DNA from: Acidobacteriota bacterium
GTDB lineage: Bacteria > Acidobacteriota > CAIWXX01
Assembly (NCBI GenBank): GCA_040755995.1
Contig: JBFMAF010000043.1
Location: 122,386-186,385, forward strand
DNA: 64,000 nucleotides
Reading direction: 5' to 3'
The translations under genes and the position numbers were made by a program. This document shows, piece by piece, positions 18,366 to 27,981 of the stretch; the first letter of the stretch is position 1; every line of letters starts with the position of its first letter. The notes below the pieces were generated by a model that was not told the origin of the DNA, ran no database searches, and saw only the letters and a list, made by a program, of their open reading frames with translations.

Positions 18366-20585
18366 ATGAACACGAGCACATTTTCAAGAATGATTCTCGC
18401 GCTGGTCGTGGCCGTTCTCGCACTGCCTGCTTTCGCGGAGGAAGAGGACGGTGTGGTCACCGACGTCTTCGTGGACTCGACAGTCGGGGTGAAAGATATC
18501 ACCGAAGATTCTTCCAAGGCCGAAGAGTATGGCGAAATCCCTGAAGGGTTCTACGTGCGGAAGCTTAGAGCCTCGTTCGGCTGGGAGAGCTCGGGCCGAA
18601 GTCTCGAGTTCACCGGGGACAACGTGGGCCTGAACTTCGGCCACTACACTCTCGACTACGGCAAGTCGGGCCTCTACAACCTCTCCGTGGACTATCGCAA
18701 GATCCCCCATCTCTTCTCGAAAGATGGGATCACCATGTGGAGCGAGCTGGAGCCCGGGCGGTGGCGCGTAGCGGACAGCATACAGAAGGCTATCCAGGAC
18801 CTGAATCCGTACGACCCGGCCGACCCGCTCTACGCAGGCGCTCTGCAGCGCCAGCGGGCGTTCATATCGAGCATGATCAACACGGGCCACGATCAGTCGC
18901 TGGAGCTCATGCGTGATCGAGGGTCGATTGGTCTCGACGTTACTCCGAGCGCTGCCTGGACGTACGGATTCGAGTATTTCAGGGAGAATCGCAAGGGCTA
19001 CCGGCCCCTCGGCACGGCCTTCGGCTTCAGCTGGGTGACGGAGCTGCCCGAGCACCTCGACAACAACACTCAGAACATGCGCGCCGATGTCCAGTATGCG
19101 AAGAATGGGACGACCTTGGAGGCTGCCTACAATGTGTCGCTCTTCCGGAACGATCTGGATAGCATAGTCTGGGACAATCCGTACAGATACGACGATCGCA
19201 CCTACTCGGCCGCCTATAGCAACGGTGACGGCACCTCCACTGGGCGCGCCGCGCTGCCGCCCGACAACGCAGCTCACACGCTCAGCTTCTCGGCCGGGAA
19301 GAAACTCGGGAGCCGGTCCAGACTCAACGGGTCGTTCTCGTACGGGATCTGGAAGGACGACGTGACGCTGCTCCCGTTCACGATCAACACGTCGATCGAG
19401 ACTCCCGATCTCCCAGCCTCCACCTTCAAGGGGGATCTCCGGAACATATCGGCCAATGTCAACTTCAACACGCGATTCGGCTCCGGCGGTTCCTTCACCG
19501 CGAAGTACCGGCTCTATGACCAGTCGAACAAGAGCTCGCAGTACACGTGGACGGAGTATGTCCGGTTCGACCAGGTCATCGAAGAGTTCCCGGAGGAAGA
19601 GGAAGGGGGATTCGAGAACGAGTTGCGCGCGTTCAGGACGCAGGACATCGACCTGGACGTCGGGTGGGAGCTGACCGACAGGCTGAACTTGCACGCGGCC
19701 TACAAGTTCAACCGTATGGGTCGCGAGCACCGCGACGTGGCGAAGGCGGACACCAACTCGTTCAAGACGAGCCTGGACGCCAAGGCCGCGGACTGGGCGA
19801 CAATCCGCTTCTCCTATGAGTACGCCAGGAGGCGGTTTGACGAGTATGAGCTCGAAGGCACGTACAAGGTGGTACATCTGTACCGCTTCGATGAGGCCAA
19901 TCTGAACAGGAACCTTGTCCGCCTGCTTGCCCAGCTTTCTCCCAATGAGAAGCTGAGTTTCGGGGCCGATGCCAGCTACGGAAACGACGACTATCTCGCC
20001 ACGGAATTCGGCCTGCAGAAGGCCGAACGCTTCAACGCCGGCGTCGACATGAGCTACAGCTTCGCCGAGAACGCTCTGCTCAACCTCTGGTATGACCACA
20101 CCGACATCGACATGGATCAGAAAGGCCGCCAGAGCGGGAGCACGCCGTCGACCGACCCGAGGAACGACTGGACAGCGGGCATATCCGACAAGTTCGACAC
20201 AGTCGGAGCTGGGTTTGTCACCGACTTGAAGAAGGACGTCGTCAAATGGGACATCAATCTGAGGTACGCGGCGGCTGATGGAAAAGTCGACCTGTTCAGC
20301 CCTCCAGGCGGCACGCCGGACGTTGCGAAAAGCATCCCGAACGCCGGGATCACAGACCTTCTCTCGGCCAAGACCAGCTTCGCGTTTGCTCTCTTCAAGA
20401 CCGCCAAGCTCGGCCTCGGCTATGGATTCGAGAAGTACACCATCGACGACTACCAGGAAAACCTCATCAGGGCCGACCTCCTGGCCAACGTGGGCACGGT
20501 CAGCCCGGGCATGACCACGCTGAATGCGATCCAGCCGGACTACCAGTATCAAATGGGCTGGGTCACATTGTCGTACCTGTGGTGA
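18366..20585 (+). CDS. mtrB: MtrB/PioB family outer-membrane beta-barrel
   Basis: Signal peptide, SSKAEEYG, ELPEHLD, WDNP, ALPPDNAAH motifs, aromatic C-terminus; directly after the decaheme gene. Confidence 0.9.
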   Translation: MNTSTFSRMILALVVAVLALPAFAEEEDGVVTDVFVDSTVGVKDITEDSSKAEEYGEIPEGFYVRKLRASFGWESSGRSLEFTGDNVGLNFGHYTLDYGKSGLYNLSVDYRKIPHLFSKDGITMWSELEPGRWRVADSIQKAIQDLNPYDPADPLYAGALQRQRAFISSMINTGHDQSLELMRDRGSIGLDVTPSAAWTYGFEYFRENRKGYRPLGTAFGFSWVTELPEHLDNNTQNMRADVQYAKNGTTLEAAYNVSLFRNDLDSIVWDNPYRYDDRTYSAAYSNGDGTSTGRAALPPDNAAHTLSFSAGKKLGSRSRLNGSFSYGIWKDDVTLLPFTINTSIETPDLPASTFKGDLRNISANVNFNTRFGSGGSFTAKYRLYDQSNKSSQYTWTEYVRFDQVIEEFPEEEEGGFENELRAFRTQDIDLDVGWELTDRLNLHAAYKFNRMGREHRDVAKADTNSFKTSLDAKAADWATIRFSYEYARRRFDEYELEGTYKVVHLYRFDEANLNRNLVRLLAQLSPNEKLSFGADASYGNDDYLATEFGLQKAERFNAGVDMSYSFAENALLNLWYDHTDIDMDQKGRQSGSTPSTDPRNDWTAGISDKFDTVGAGFVTDLKKDVVKWDINLRYAAADGKVDLFSPPGGTPDVAKSIPNAGITDLLSAKTSFAFALFKTAKLGLGYGFEKYTIDDYQENLIRADLLANVGTVSPGMTTLNAIQPDYQYQMGWVTLSYLW

Positions 20586-20638
20586 GAGCGAGGCGGCAGG
20601 CAGGTAGACATGGAAACAGTCCCGACGTGACCTCGTGA

Positions 20639-20687
20639 CCGGGGGCACGCAACGCAGGTCTGTCTTGGGCGTGCTGCGTGCTCCCGG
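20639..20687 (+). terminator. GC-rich stem-loop between mtrB and the cyc2-like gene
   Basis: CCGGGGGCACGCAACGC...GCGTGCTGCGTGCTCCCGG; no U-tract, so termination is uncertain. Confidence 0.4.
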
Positions 20688-20960
20688 CGCCGGGTATCTG
20701 GTGACGGGCAGCCTTGCCGGACAGCGAAAACAACAACGAATGGGGCTTGACATTGCTATGGACGACCGATATTTATCGTCGCCGGGCAGTAAGTGATGGA
20801 TCGCAGAGCATCGAGTTTGACGGCATTCTCTGTTCTCGTGAATTGCTCGTTGCGACGCTGTGCGACCGGACAATCTTGCGTTGAAGGGAAGCCTATTCTC
20901 GCCAGGATCACTGGGCAGTGGGCCTGGCTGTAAATAGCCGCAGAAATGGAGGGACTATTG

Positions 20961-22265
20961 ATGCGGTATCGACACTCACTCACGGTCGCAGCAGCGTTCG
21001 TTCTGCTCGGCCTCGCCGCGGATGCTTCGTGGGCGATCACAGCGTGGGCAAGGAGATATGACTTGCCGTGCAGCGCCTGCCACTGGGGCAGCGGATACCG
21101 GCTGACTCGCGAAGGACAGAAGTTCATGAGAACGGGACACTTCAATCCCGGCGACAAACCGTCGAAGAGCTTCGAGGACTACCTGGGTCTCAACACCAAG
21201 ATCCGCTTCAACGACGGGAACGACGCCAAGCTGACCGACAACAAGATCGGCGATGTCACGTTCGAGTACCACGCCTTTGCGCTGTACTCCGGCGGTCTCA
21301 TCGCTCCCAACTTCTCGTTCTTCACCGAGCTTTATCTGCACGAGCGAGAAGGAACTCCGAAGAAGGTAGACGTGTTCAGCGACGGAGGGCGCACGAAGCT
21401 TGCAGAGGCATTCCTGCAGTATACGCGTGGCGGCGCCAACTACTTCACGATTCGAGCAGGACAAATCGCGTCGCAGCTCTGGTACATCCAGGGGGCTGGT
21501 GGCCGCGTCGCCGAAACACGCAGCTACCTGGTCAACAACGCCACGATCACGACAAACGGAGGGATCGGCAACAAGTGGCTGCCCCGCCAGCGGGACTACG
21601 GCGTCGAGTTGGGTGGCCAGTACGGTGACCTGCATGCCGTGTTCGGGGTGATCAACGGCACGGGCAACTCGCCGACCAACGTGGTGGAGAACGCCGGGCA
21701 GGGGGCCAAGGACTTCTACACCAGCGCCGACTACACGTTGAAGGACATGGCCCAGTTCGGGATCTTTTACCACAACGGCAACCTCCAGGATCCGCTCGCC
21801 ACTGACACCACGTCCGAGGACAACAACGAGGACAACTTCTACCGAGTCGGGCTCACGTTCAACGCCAACCCAACCGACCGGCTCTGGGTAGTCGCGGACT
21901 ATGTGAACGGGAAGGACGAAGATTCCAAACCAAAGATCGGAACCCTGCCCGAGGTCAAGAGCAATGGGTTCAGCCTCGAAGGCGATTTTCTCGCACTCGA
22001 GGATCCGGGCATTGTCCCGTTCGTACGCTACGACCGCTTCACACACGACGGCAAGTCGACTCCGTCTGCCGACTTTGACACTACGACGGATGCCTTCGTG
22101 CTGGGGTGCAGCTTCAACCTCTTCGACCAGCAGCGAGGCAGACTCGTTTTCGAGTGGCAGTACCTGAAGACGACTGAAGAGTACAAGACGGTGACAGGGG
22201 AGAGTGCGAGCAAGGATCTGGTGAAAGACCAGAACCTCAGAATCGAGCTCTCCTTCATGCTGTAA
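20961..22265 (+). CDS. cyc2: Cyc2-like monoheme cytochrome c-porin fusion
   Basis: Signal peptide, then ITAWARRYDLP-CSACH-..L-TREGQKFMRTG resembling the Cyc2 N-terminal motif; remainder is amphipathic beta strands; ATG 20961 after GGAGGGA. Confidence 0.8.
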   Translation: MRYRHSLTVAAAFVLLGLAADASWAITAWARRYDLPCSACHWGSGYRLTREGQKFMRTGHFNPGDKPSKSFEDYLGLNTKIRFNDGNDAKLTDNKIGDVTFEYHAFALYSGGLIAPNFSFFTELYLHEREGTPKKVDVFSDGGRTKLAEAFLQYTRGGANYFTIRAGQIASQLWYIQGAGGRVAETRSYLVNNATITTNGGIGNKWLPRQRDYGVELGGQYGDLHAVFGVINGTGNSPTNVVENAGQGAKDFYTSADYTLKDMAQFGIFYHNGNLQDPLATDTTSEDNNEDNFYRVGLTFNANPTDRLWVVADYVNGKDEDSKPKIGTLPEVKSNGFSLEGDFLALEDPGIVPFVRYDRFTHDGKSTPSADFDTTTDAFVLGCSFNLFDQQRGRLVFEWQYLKTTEEYKTVTGESASKDLVKDQNLRIELSFML

Positions 22266-22280
22266 TCAGGTATCATAGGA

Positions 22281-22331
22281 TCGAGGCCGCCCGGGGAGAG
22301 TCACACGCTCCCCGGCGGCGCGGCCCCTCGA
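22281..22331 (+). terminator. Stem-loop after the cyc2-like gene
   Basis: GCCGCCCGGGGAG-loop-CTCCCCGGCGGC flanked by TCGAGG..CCTCGA. Confidence 0.45.
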
Positions 22332-22597
22332 TCGGCCGGCACAGGGGGAAATCGTTCAGGTTGAGGCAGAGAGGCAAGATTGAAAAGGCGGCACCGGGAC
22401 GTCCTCTAAGCTTGTTTCGCTGCTCCATCGGAGGCGCGGCTGGTGGCGTCTGCACGGCAATGAGAGGATTCTGCCGGCCGGATGGTGCGGCGGCGAGAAG
22501 GCCTCGGGCGATGATCTCCTTCCCTGGGAGTGCCTCTGCTCGCGACAGGAGAACCGGGTGCGATGTCCGCGCTGAGTGACCTCGCACGCGGGCGACG

Positions 22598-25168
22598 ATG
22601 AGGTCGGCGCGAGCCGCGAGCATTGTCGCTGGGCTGCAGCTATTCTTGCCGATGGCCGTCGCAGCAGTTGACGCTTCCCGGTCCGAAATCGAGGCGTGCC
22701 TGATCTGTCATTCTGACAGCGGATTGACCAGGGCCGGCGGCGAGAAGCTTCTCGTACCGGACGCGCTCGCGACCAGCGTTCACGCGGCGCTCTCCTGCGT
22801 CGACTGCCATGCCGAAGGGAATTTCGACGACGTGCCGCACGCGCCGAAGTACACGCCGGTTGACTGCGCCGGCTGCCACGCGGAGGTGGCGGAGCAGTGG
22901 AGCGGAAGCGTACACGGCAGGGGCCCGCCCGCCAAGCGGATCGGCTGCGTTCAATGCCACGAGTCCGGAGACGATCCGCACGATGTGAGGCCCGCGGCTG
23001 GATTGGACCCGGCTCGGGTCTGCGTGAGGTGTCACCCGGAGGAGACTCAGCGCTTCGCATCCGGCGGGCATGCAAAGGCGATCTCGGCCATGTCGCCGCC
23101 GGGCTGCGCCGGGTGCCATCGCCCTCACGCTGAAGCGAGCCTCTCGAATGCGGGCTCCACGCGGGTCTGTGAGCCGTGCCACGCGTCGGCTGCCGAGAAG
23201 CTCCGAGGCGGGCCGCACGGCCTCAAGGAGGCCATTCCGCAGCGGACAAAGGATGCCCCGAAGGAGCAGGTCGGGTGCTCGAGCTGCCACGAGCCCCACG
23301 CTATGCCGGATCCTGTGCGATCGTCCGATGCGTTCTCGCAATGCGTATCATGCCACAGGAAGTCCGTTGTCGATTTCGCCGGCTCGGTGCACGAAGCGAG
23401 GCTGCGGGGCGGCGAGATGACGTGCGCAAGCTGCCATTCGATCCACCTCGAGCCCGGGCAGGTGGCGTTCCACTGCGGCGACTGCCACGAGAAGGCCAAC
23501 GAGGAATATCGTCAGAGCGCGCACTTCAAGCAGAATCCGACCGGGCTGGGCGCCGCAGCGAATTGCGGCGACTGCCACAACCGTGGCCACCAGGTGCGCA
23601 GCGCCGGCGATCCGCAGGCCATGACGCACTTCGCAAACCAGCCCAAGATGTGCGGGAAGTGCCATGGCGAGAGCCTCGTAGTCGCTCCGAACTACGTGCG
23701 GCTTCCGATGACGCTTTCCAACTACCGGAAGTCGGTGCACTACGAGAGGCTGCTGGAGTGGGAGCAAGACCCGTCCAAACCTCGGGGAGCAGTCTGCACT
23801 GATTGCCACGAATCGCACCTGGTGCGTTCGGCCGGCGATACCGCTAGCGTGTCCAACCGCATGAGAGTCGCGGACACCTGCGGCAAGTGTCACCCGAAGC
23901 AGTCCAGGGACTATCAGACGTCGGTCCACGGGGCGGCTCTCGCCCATGGGCTGACCGATACGCCGGCGTGCCCCGACTGTCACGACTCCCACATGATCCT
24001 CTCGCAGTATGATCCCTTGTCGAGGACATTCGAGCCGAGCGTTTCCGCTGACTGCGGGCAGTGCCACGAAAGCCGCTCCCTGACCGACCGTTTCGGGATC
24101 TGGCCTGGCGTCGTCAAGTCGTACCGCGACAGCTACCATGGGTGGGCGATAGGCAAGCAGACCACGGTGGCCAACTGCACCGACTGCCACACTACCCACA
24201 GGATTCGCAGCCATCTCGATCCCACATCCACTACATACCCGAAAAACGTGGTGCGAACCTGCGGCCGCTGCCACGAGAACTCCAACGAGGAGTTCGCCAC
24301 GAGCTACACGCACGCCTCTTTCGGCCAGATCTGGGGGGTTCACGACGTTGTGCGAGTTGTATACATAGTCCTCATAATCGCCGTCTTGACCGGGATGGTC
24401 GCGCACAACACGCTTATCTTGAGCCACACGATCCGGAAACACTACCTGAGCCACCTCGAAGAAGAGCATGTGCTCAGGATGAACCGCACCGAGGTCTTGC
24501 AGCACATCCTGCTGATCGTCACGTTCACCGGTCTGGCGGTGACCGGCTTCGCTCTCAGGTTTCCGGAATCATGGTGGGTGAGAGCATTGCGCTGGGCCGG
24601 CATGGACGAAGGTGTGCGTGCCGCTTCGCATCGCGTCTTCGCGGCGCTCCTTGTGGCCGGCACAGTCTGGCACGCGCTCTGGATGGTGCTCAGCCGGCGC
24701 GGGCGGGCCAAACTCGCAGCCTACCTGCCCGCGTGGCAGGATGTCGCCAGCGCACGCGAGACCGTCAGATATTACTTCGGGATGCGCGATGAGAAGCCCG
24801 GCTTCGGCGTCTACGACTACACGCAGAAGGCCGAGTACTGGGCGCTCGTCTGGGGGACCATCGTGATGGGCCTGACCGGCTTCGTCCTCTGGTTTCCGTC
24901 CTTGATGACCTCATGGTCGCCGGGGTGGACCGTGCGCGTCTCAGAGGTCGTCCATTACTACGAGGCCATTCTGGCCGTGGGCGCGATCCTCGTGTGGCAT
25001 TTCTTCTTCGTCATCTACCATCCGAAGGTCTACCCCGTTTCTCTCACGTTCGTGACCGGCCGGATGCCGTTGCACGAGTGGAAGGAGGATCACTCGCTCG
25101 CCGATCCGCTTCCGGACGGGGATCACGAAGGAGCGTCAGGCGGAGAGACCCGCGGTCGCGATCAGTAG
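22598..25168 (+). CDS. Multiheme cytochrome c (19 CxxCH) fused to a membrane b-type cytochrome, CbcL-like
   Basis: 19 CxxCH counted; C-terminal TM domain with LQHILL, ASHRVF, QKAEYWALVWG, VVHYYEA, VWHFFF (FdnI/CbcL-type heme-b His pattern). Confidence 0.88.
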   Translation: MRSARAASIVAGLQLFLPMAVAAVDASRSEIEACLICHSDSGLTRAGGEKLLVPDALATSVHAALSCVDCHAEGNFDDVPHAPKYTPVDCAGCHAEVAEQWSGSVHGRGPPAKRIGCVQCHESGDDPHDVRPAAGLDPARVCVRCHPEETQRFASGGHAKAISAMSPPGCAGCHRPHAEASLSNAGSTRVCEPCHASAAEKLRGGPHGLKEAIPQRTKDAPKEQVGCSSCHEPHAMPDPVRSSDAFSQCVSCHRKSVVDFAGSVHEARLRGGEMTCASCHSIHLEPGQVAFHCGDCHEKANEEYRQSAHFKQNPTGLGAAANCGDCHNRGHQVRSAGDPQAMTHFANQPKMCGKCHGESLVVAPNYVRLPMTLSNYRKSVHYERLLEWEQDPSKPRGAVCTDCHESHLVRSAGDTASVSNRMRVADTCGKCHPKQSRDYQTSVHGAALAHGLTDTPACPDCHDSHMILSQYDPLSRTFEPSVSADCGQCHESRSLTDRFGIWPGVVKSYRDSYHGWAIGKQTTVANCTDCHTTHRIRSHLDPTSTTYPKNVVRTCGRCHENSNEEFATSYTHASFGQIWGVHDVVRVVYIVLIIAVLTGMVAHNTLILSHTIRKHYLSHLEEEHVLRMNRTEVLQHILLIVTFTGLAVTGFALRFPESWWVRALRWAGMDEGVRAASHRVFAALLVAGTVWHALWMVLSRRGRAKLAAYLPAWQDVASARETVRYYFGMRDEKPGFGVYDYTQKAEYWALVWGTIVMGLTGFVLWFPSLMTSWSPGWTVRVSEVVHYYEAILAVGAILVWHFFFVIYHPKVYPVSLTFVTGRMPLHEWKEDHSLADPLPDGDHEGASGGETRGRDQ

Positions 25169-25845
25169 CCGCTCGATCGCCGTCGCGGCCGCCTGCGCTT
25201 GGGGAGGACGAGAATCAGCGCCACTCCGGCCACGAAGCCGGCTGCGTGCGCCATGAACGCGATACCGCCGCCCGGTCCAGCCACGGCGCTCAGAATCTGC
25301 ACGAAGAACCAGATGCCGAGCACGAAGAAGGCGGGCACCGGCACGATCTGGAAAAAGAAGGGGAACGGAAGCAACGTGTGCACGCGGGCACTGGGATAGA
25401 GCACCAGGTAGGCGCCGAGAACCCCGGCGATCGCGCCGCTGGCTCCTACCATCGGGATGCGTGAGTTCAGATTGAACAGAATGTGGCCGGCTGCCGCCGC
25501 CATGCCACAGAGCAGATAGAAGACGACGAAGGAGAAGTGCCCGAGGGCGTCCTCGACGTTGTTGCCGAAGATCCAGAGGTAGAGCATGTTGCCGGCCAGG
25601 TGCAGGAAGCCGGCGTGCATGAACATCGCCGTGAGGACCGTGAGCGGGATCGGAACCGGCGAGAACGGCCGGATGTCGGTCAGGTGCACCAGCTCCCATG
25701 GAATCGCCCCCAGGCTCATGACATAGTAGTCGAGACTGCGAGGGGAGAAGGCCTGGTAGAAGAACACCAGCACGTTCACCACGATGAAGGTCACCGTGAA
25801 GATCGGCGGCCGCGTGGTGGGATTGTCGTCGTAGAGCGGAATCAT
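25162..25845 (-). CDS. Rhomboid intramembrane serine protease
   Basis: HAGFLHLAGNMLYLWIFG, GASGA, AHAAGF. Confidence 0.93.
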   Translation of the reverse strand: MIPLYDDNPTTRPPIFTVTFIVVNVLVFFYQAFSPRSLDYYVMSLGAIPWELVHLTDIRPFSPVPIPLTVLTAMFMHAGFLHLAGNMLYLWIFGNNVEDALGHFSFVVFYLLCGMAAAAGHILFNLNSRIPMVGASGAIAGVLGAYLVLYPSARVHTLLPFPFFFQIVPVPAFFVLGIWFFVQILSAVAGPGGGIAFMAHAAGFVAGVALILVLPKRRRPRRRSSGY

Positions 25846-25852
25846 TTGTGAG

Positions 25853-25890
25853 CAGTTGACAGTTGTCGGTTCTCAGTTGACAGTTGTCAG
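25853..25890. repeat. Heptamer tandem repeat (AGTTGWC family)
   Basis: CAGTTGA CAGTTGT CGGTTCT CAGTTGA CAGTTGT CAG. Confidence 0.8.
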
Positions 25891-25917
25891 CCCAGAGCTC
25901 CAGCCCAAGCAGCCGCC

Positions 25918-26484
25918 TCAGGCGGACTTCGCCCGCGAGAGGTACTTCAGCTCGGTCGTGTCCACGGTGATCAGCTCACCCTCCTGGATGAACATCGGCA
26001 CCTGCACCGTGAGGCCGGTTTCGAGCTTGGCGGGCTTGGTCACGTTGCCCTGCGCGGCGCCCTTGATCGACGGCTCGGTCTCGACCACCTTCAGATCCAC
26101 CGTCAACGGGGGCTCGATTCCGATCGGGCGTTTTTCGAACATCTCGACCACCAGCTTGATGTTCGGAATGAGAAAGTAGACGTTGTCGCCGAGCTGCTCC
26201 TCCGACATCGACACCTGCTCATAGGTCTCGGTGTTCATGAAATGATAGTCGCTGCCGTCAGAGTACAGGAATTCCATCTCGGCACCGTCCAGTTGAGCCT
26301 TCTCCACCCGATCCTCCGACCGGAACCTGTGCTCGAGCTGGCTGCCGGTGTGCAGATTCCTCATCTTGGCCTGGACCATTCCGCGCCAGTTCCCCGGCGT
26401 GATGTGCTGCAGTGCCATGATCTTGTATATCTGGCCCTCGAAAATGACGGCCATACCCTTCCTGAGTTGCGTAGCCTGAATCAC
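25918..26484 (-). CDS. efp: Translation elongation factor P
   Basis: ATQLRKGM, FRSED, YHFMNTETYEQ, KPAKLETG..VPMFI..VDT; GTG start after GGAGGAG. Confidence 0.95.
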   Translation of the reverse strand: MIQATQLRKGMAVIFEGQIYKIMALQHITPGNWRGMVQAKMRNLHTGSQLEHRFRSEDRVEKAQLDGAEMEFLYSDGSDYHFMNTETYEQVSMSEEQLGDNVYFLIPNIKLVVEMFEKRPIGIEPPLTVDLKVVETEPSIKGAAQGNVTKPAKLETGLTVQVPMFIQEGELITVDTTELKYLSRAKSA

Positions 26485-26632
26485 GATTAAACTCCTCCAA
26501 ACGGTAATGATACTAAACGAGACTAGAGCAATGAGCCTGGGCGGGGTGGAGGCTGGAGGAGCTGGTGCAGCAGAGTGAATTGAAAATGACAGTCGGCAGA
26601 ACCCCGGATCATGACGACAATACCCCTGTGGC

Positions 26633-27946
26633 CTACCGCTCCACCGTCAGCTCGGCGATAGTGTCCGGGCTCTCACTCTTTACTACAGTTGTAGTAGCGC
26701 CGTCCTTGACGATGCGAATCCGAACGGCGTCAGTGTCCCGGCCGTCCAGCATCGCGCCGTGGGCTGCGAGGTTGCCGCCGCAGCGCATCCGCCAGGCGTC
26801 GCAGAATTCGGCGGCGTCGGCGGTCCTGTCCCAGGCCTGTTTCCAGACGAGCGTGCGCCGCCCGCTCGAGTCGCGATACATCTGGTAGAAATCGCCGTCC
26901 CAGCCGGCAGAGGCGACTCCATCCTGGTCGGCGGGGAACAGAGACCGCATGTAGAACTCGCCCAGCACGCCCTCGAACACCAGCGTCTGCCCGGGCAACC
27001 GGCTCGACAAATTGAAGTGCACGTCCTGCGGGTCGTCGCGCCCGAAGTACTTGTCCGGATGCAGCAGCTGCTCGCTGGTGGCCGGGGGCCGGGCGAGCAC
27101 CCGGTTGACCTCAGACTGGCCGCCGCGGTTGTAGGCCGCCTCGATGAATCTGTCGCCCTCGATGTAGGGCAGCAGCAGCTGCCGCTGGATCACCTCGGGG
27201 GCGGCGGCATACCTGCCGCCCGTGAGGGTGGCTGCCGACTGGATCATCGCGCCCAGATCCAGCGGAATGCCGCCCAGCAGCTCGCCCACATCGTCACCAA
27301 GCTCCGTATTCTGCGCTCCGAGGGAATCGACGCCTGCGAACCGGAGCATGACGAAAGTAGCGTCGCCCTCGTAGGCGCCGAGCGCCGCGAGGCGACGGTC
27401 GTCGAAGTCGCTGAGGTCGGGCAGCTTGTGCTCCAGGTCGAAATGCTGGTCCTGGATGGCGTGGCGGATCTCGTGCGACAGGATGAAGGCGTTGAGGAAG
27501 TCTAGCTGCGATGAGCTGCTGACAGCGTACAGCGATTTCGAAGGACTCCTTTCGTCATAGAATCCGGCGACGTTCTCGTACAGCAGCTGGGCCCGCTCGG
27601 CCCGCAGGTCGTAGTCTGCGGGGATGAGTCCCAGGAACTTCAGCAGCTCCGATTCGCCCACCGCCTCGGAGGCCGGGTACTCGTCGTCGAACACCTGTTC
27701 GAGATACTGCTTGAGCTGCTCCTTGGTCATGAAGCGGATCTGGAGAGGCCGTATGAGCTTCAGGCCGCCGATTTCTTCGACGCGGGCTTTGAGCGCGTCC
27801 TCCGTCATAGTCTCCTGGACGCCCAGCATGTCGAGGAGCCCGCGGATCTGTTCTTCCGCCGTCTCCTCCTGCGCGTTCAGGACGATCATGCCGAGACACA
27901 CAACCGCCAAAGCGGCTCCGATCGCGCTCGCAAACGCTCTTCTCAC
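26633..27946 (-). CDS. Exported putative zinc metallopeptidase (HExxH + downstream E)
   Basis: Signal peptide; AGFYD, HEIRHAIQDQHF, EGDA, PATSEQLLHPDKY, GWDGD; GTG 27946 supported by promoter position. Confidence 0.75.
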   Translation of the reverse strand: MRRAFASAIGAALAVVCLGMIVLNAQEETAEEQIRGLLDMLGVQETMTEDALKARVEEIGGLKLIRPLQIRFMTKEQLKQYLEQVFDDEYPASEAVGESELLKFLGLIPADYDLRAERAQLLYENVAGFYDERSPSKSLYAVSSSSQLDFLNAFILSHEIRHAIQDQHFDLEHKLPDLSDFDDRRLAALGAYEGDATFVMLRFAGVDSLGAQNTELGDDVGELLGGIPLDLGAMIQSAATLTGGRYAAAPEVIQRQLLLPYIEGDRFIEAAYNRGGQSEVNRVLARPPATSEQLLHPDKYFGRDDPQDVHFNLSSRLPGQTLVFEGVLGEFYMRSLFPADQDGVASAGWDGDFYQMYRDSSGRRTLVWKQAWDRTADAAEFCDAWRMRCGGNLAAHGAMLDGRDTDAVRIRIVKDGATTTVVKSESPDTIAELTVER

Positions 27947-27952
27947 GCGCTG

Positions 27953-27981
27953 ATTATAGGGGCGCGTCGAGGGGTTGTCAA
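27953..27981 (-). promoter_or_regulatory. Consensus sigma70 promoter, leaderless transcript
   Basis: TTGACA-17 nt-TATAAT on the minus strand, 6 nt before GTG 27946. Confidence 0.85.

Noticed and set aside
18384..20873. 829-aa minus-strand ORF, and similar long antisense ORFs at 3379-4938, 10673-12061, 53469-55250 and 59251-60861
   Set aside because: They shadow well-supported genes on the opposite strand, lack motifs, and are expected from high-GC codon bias
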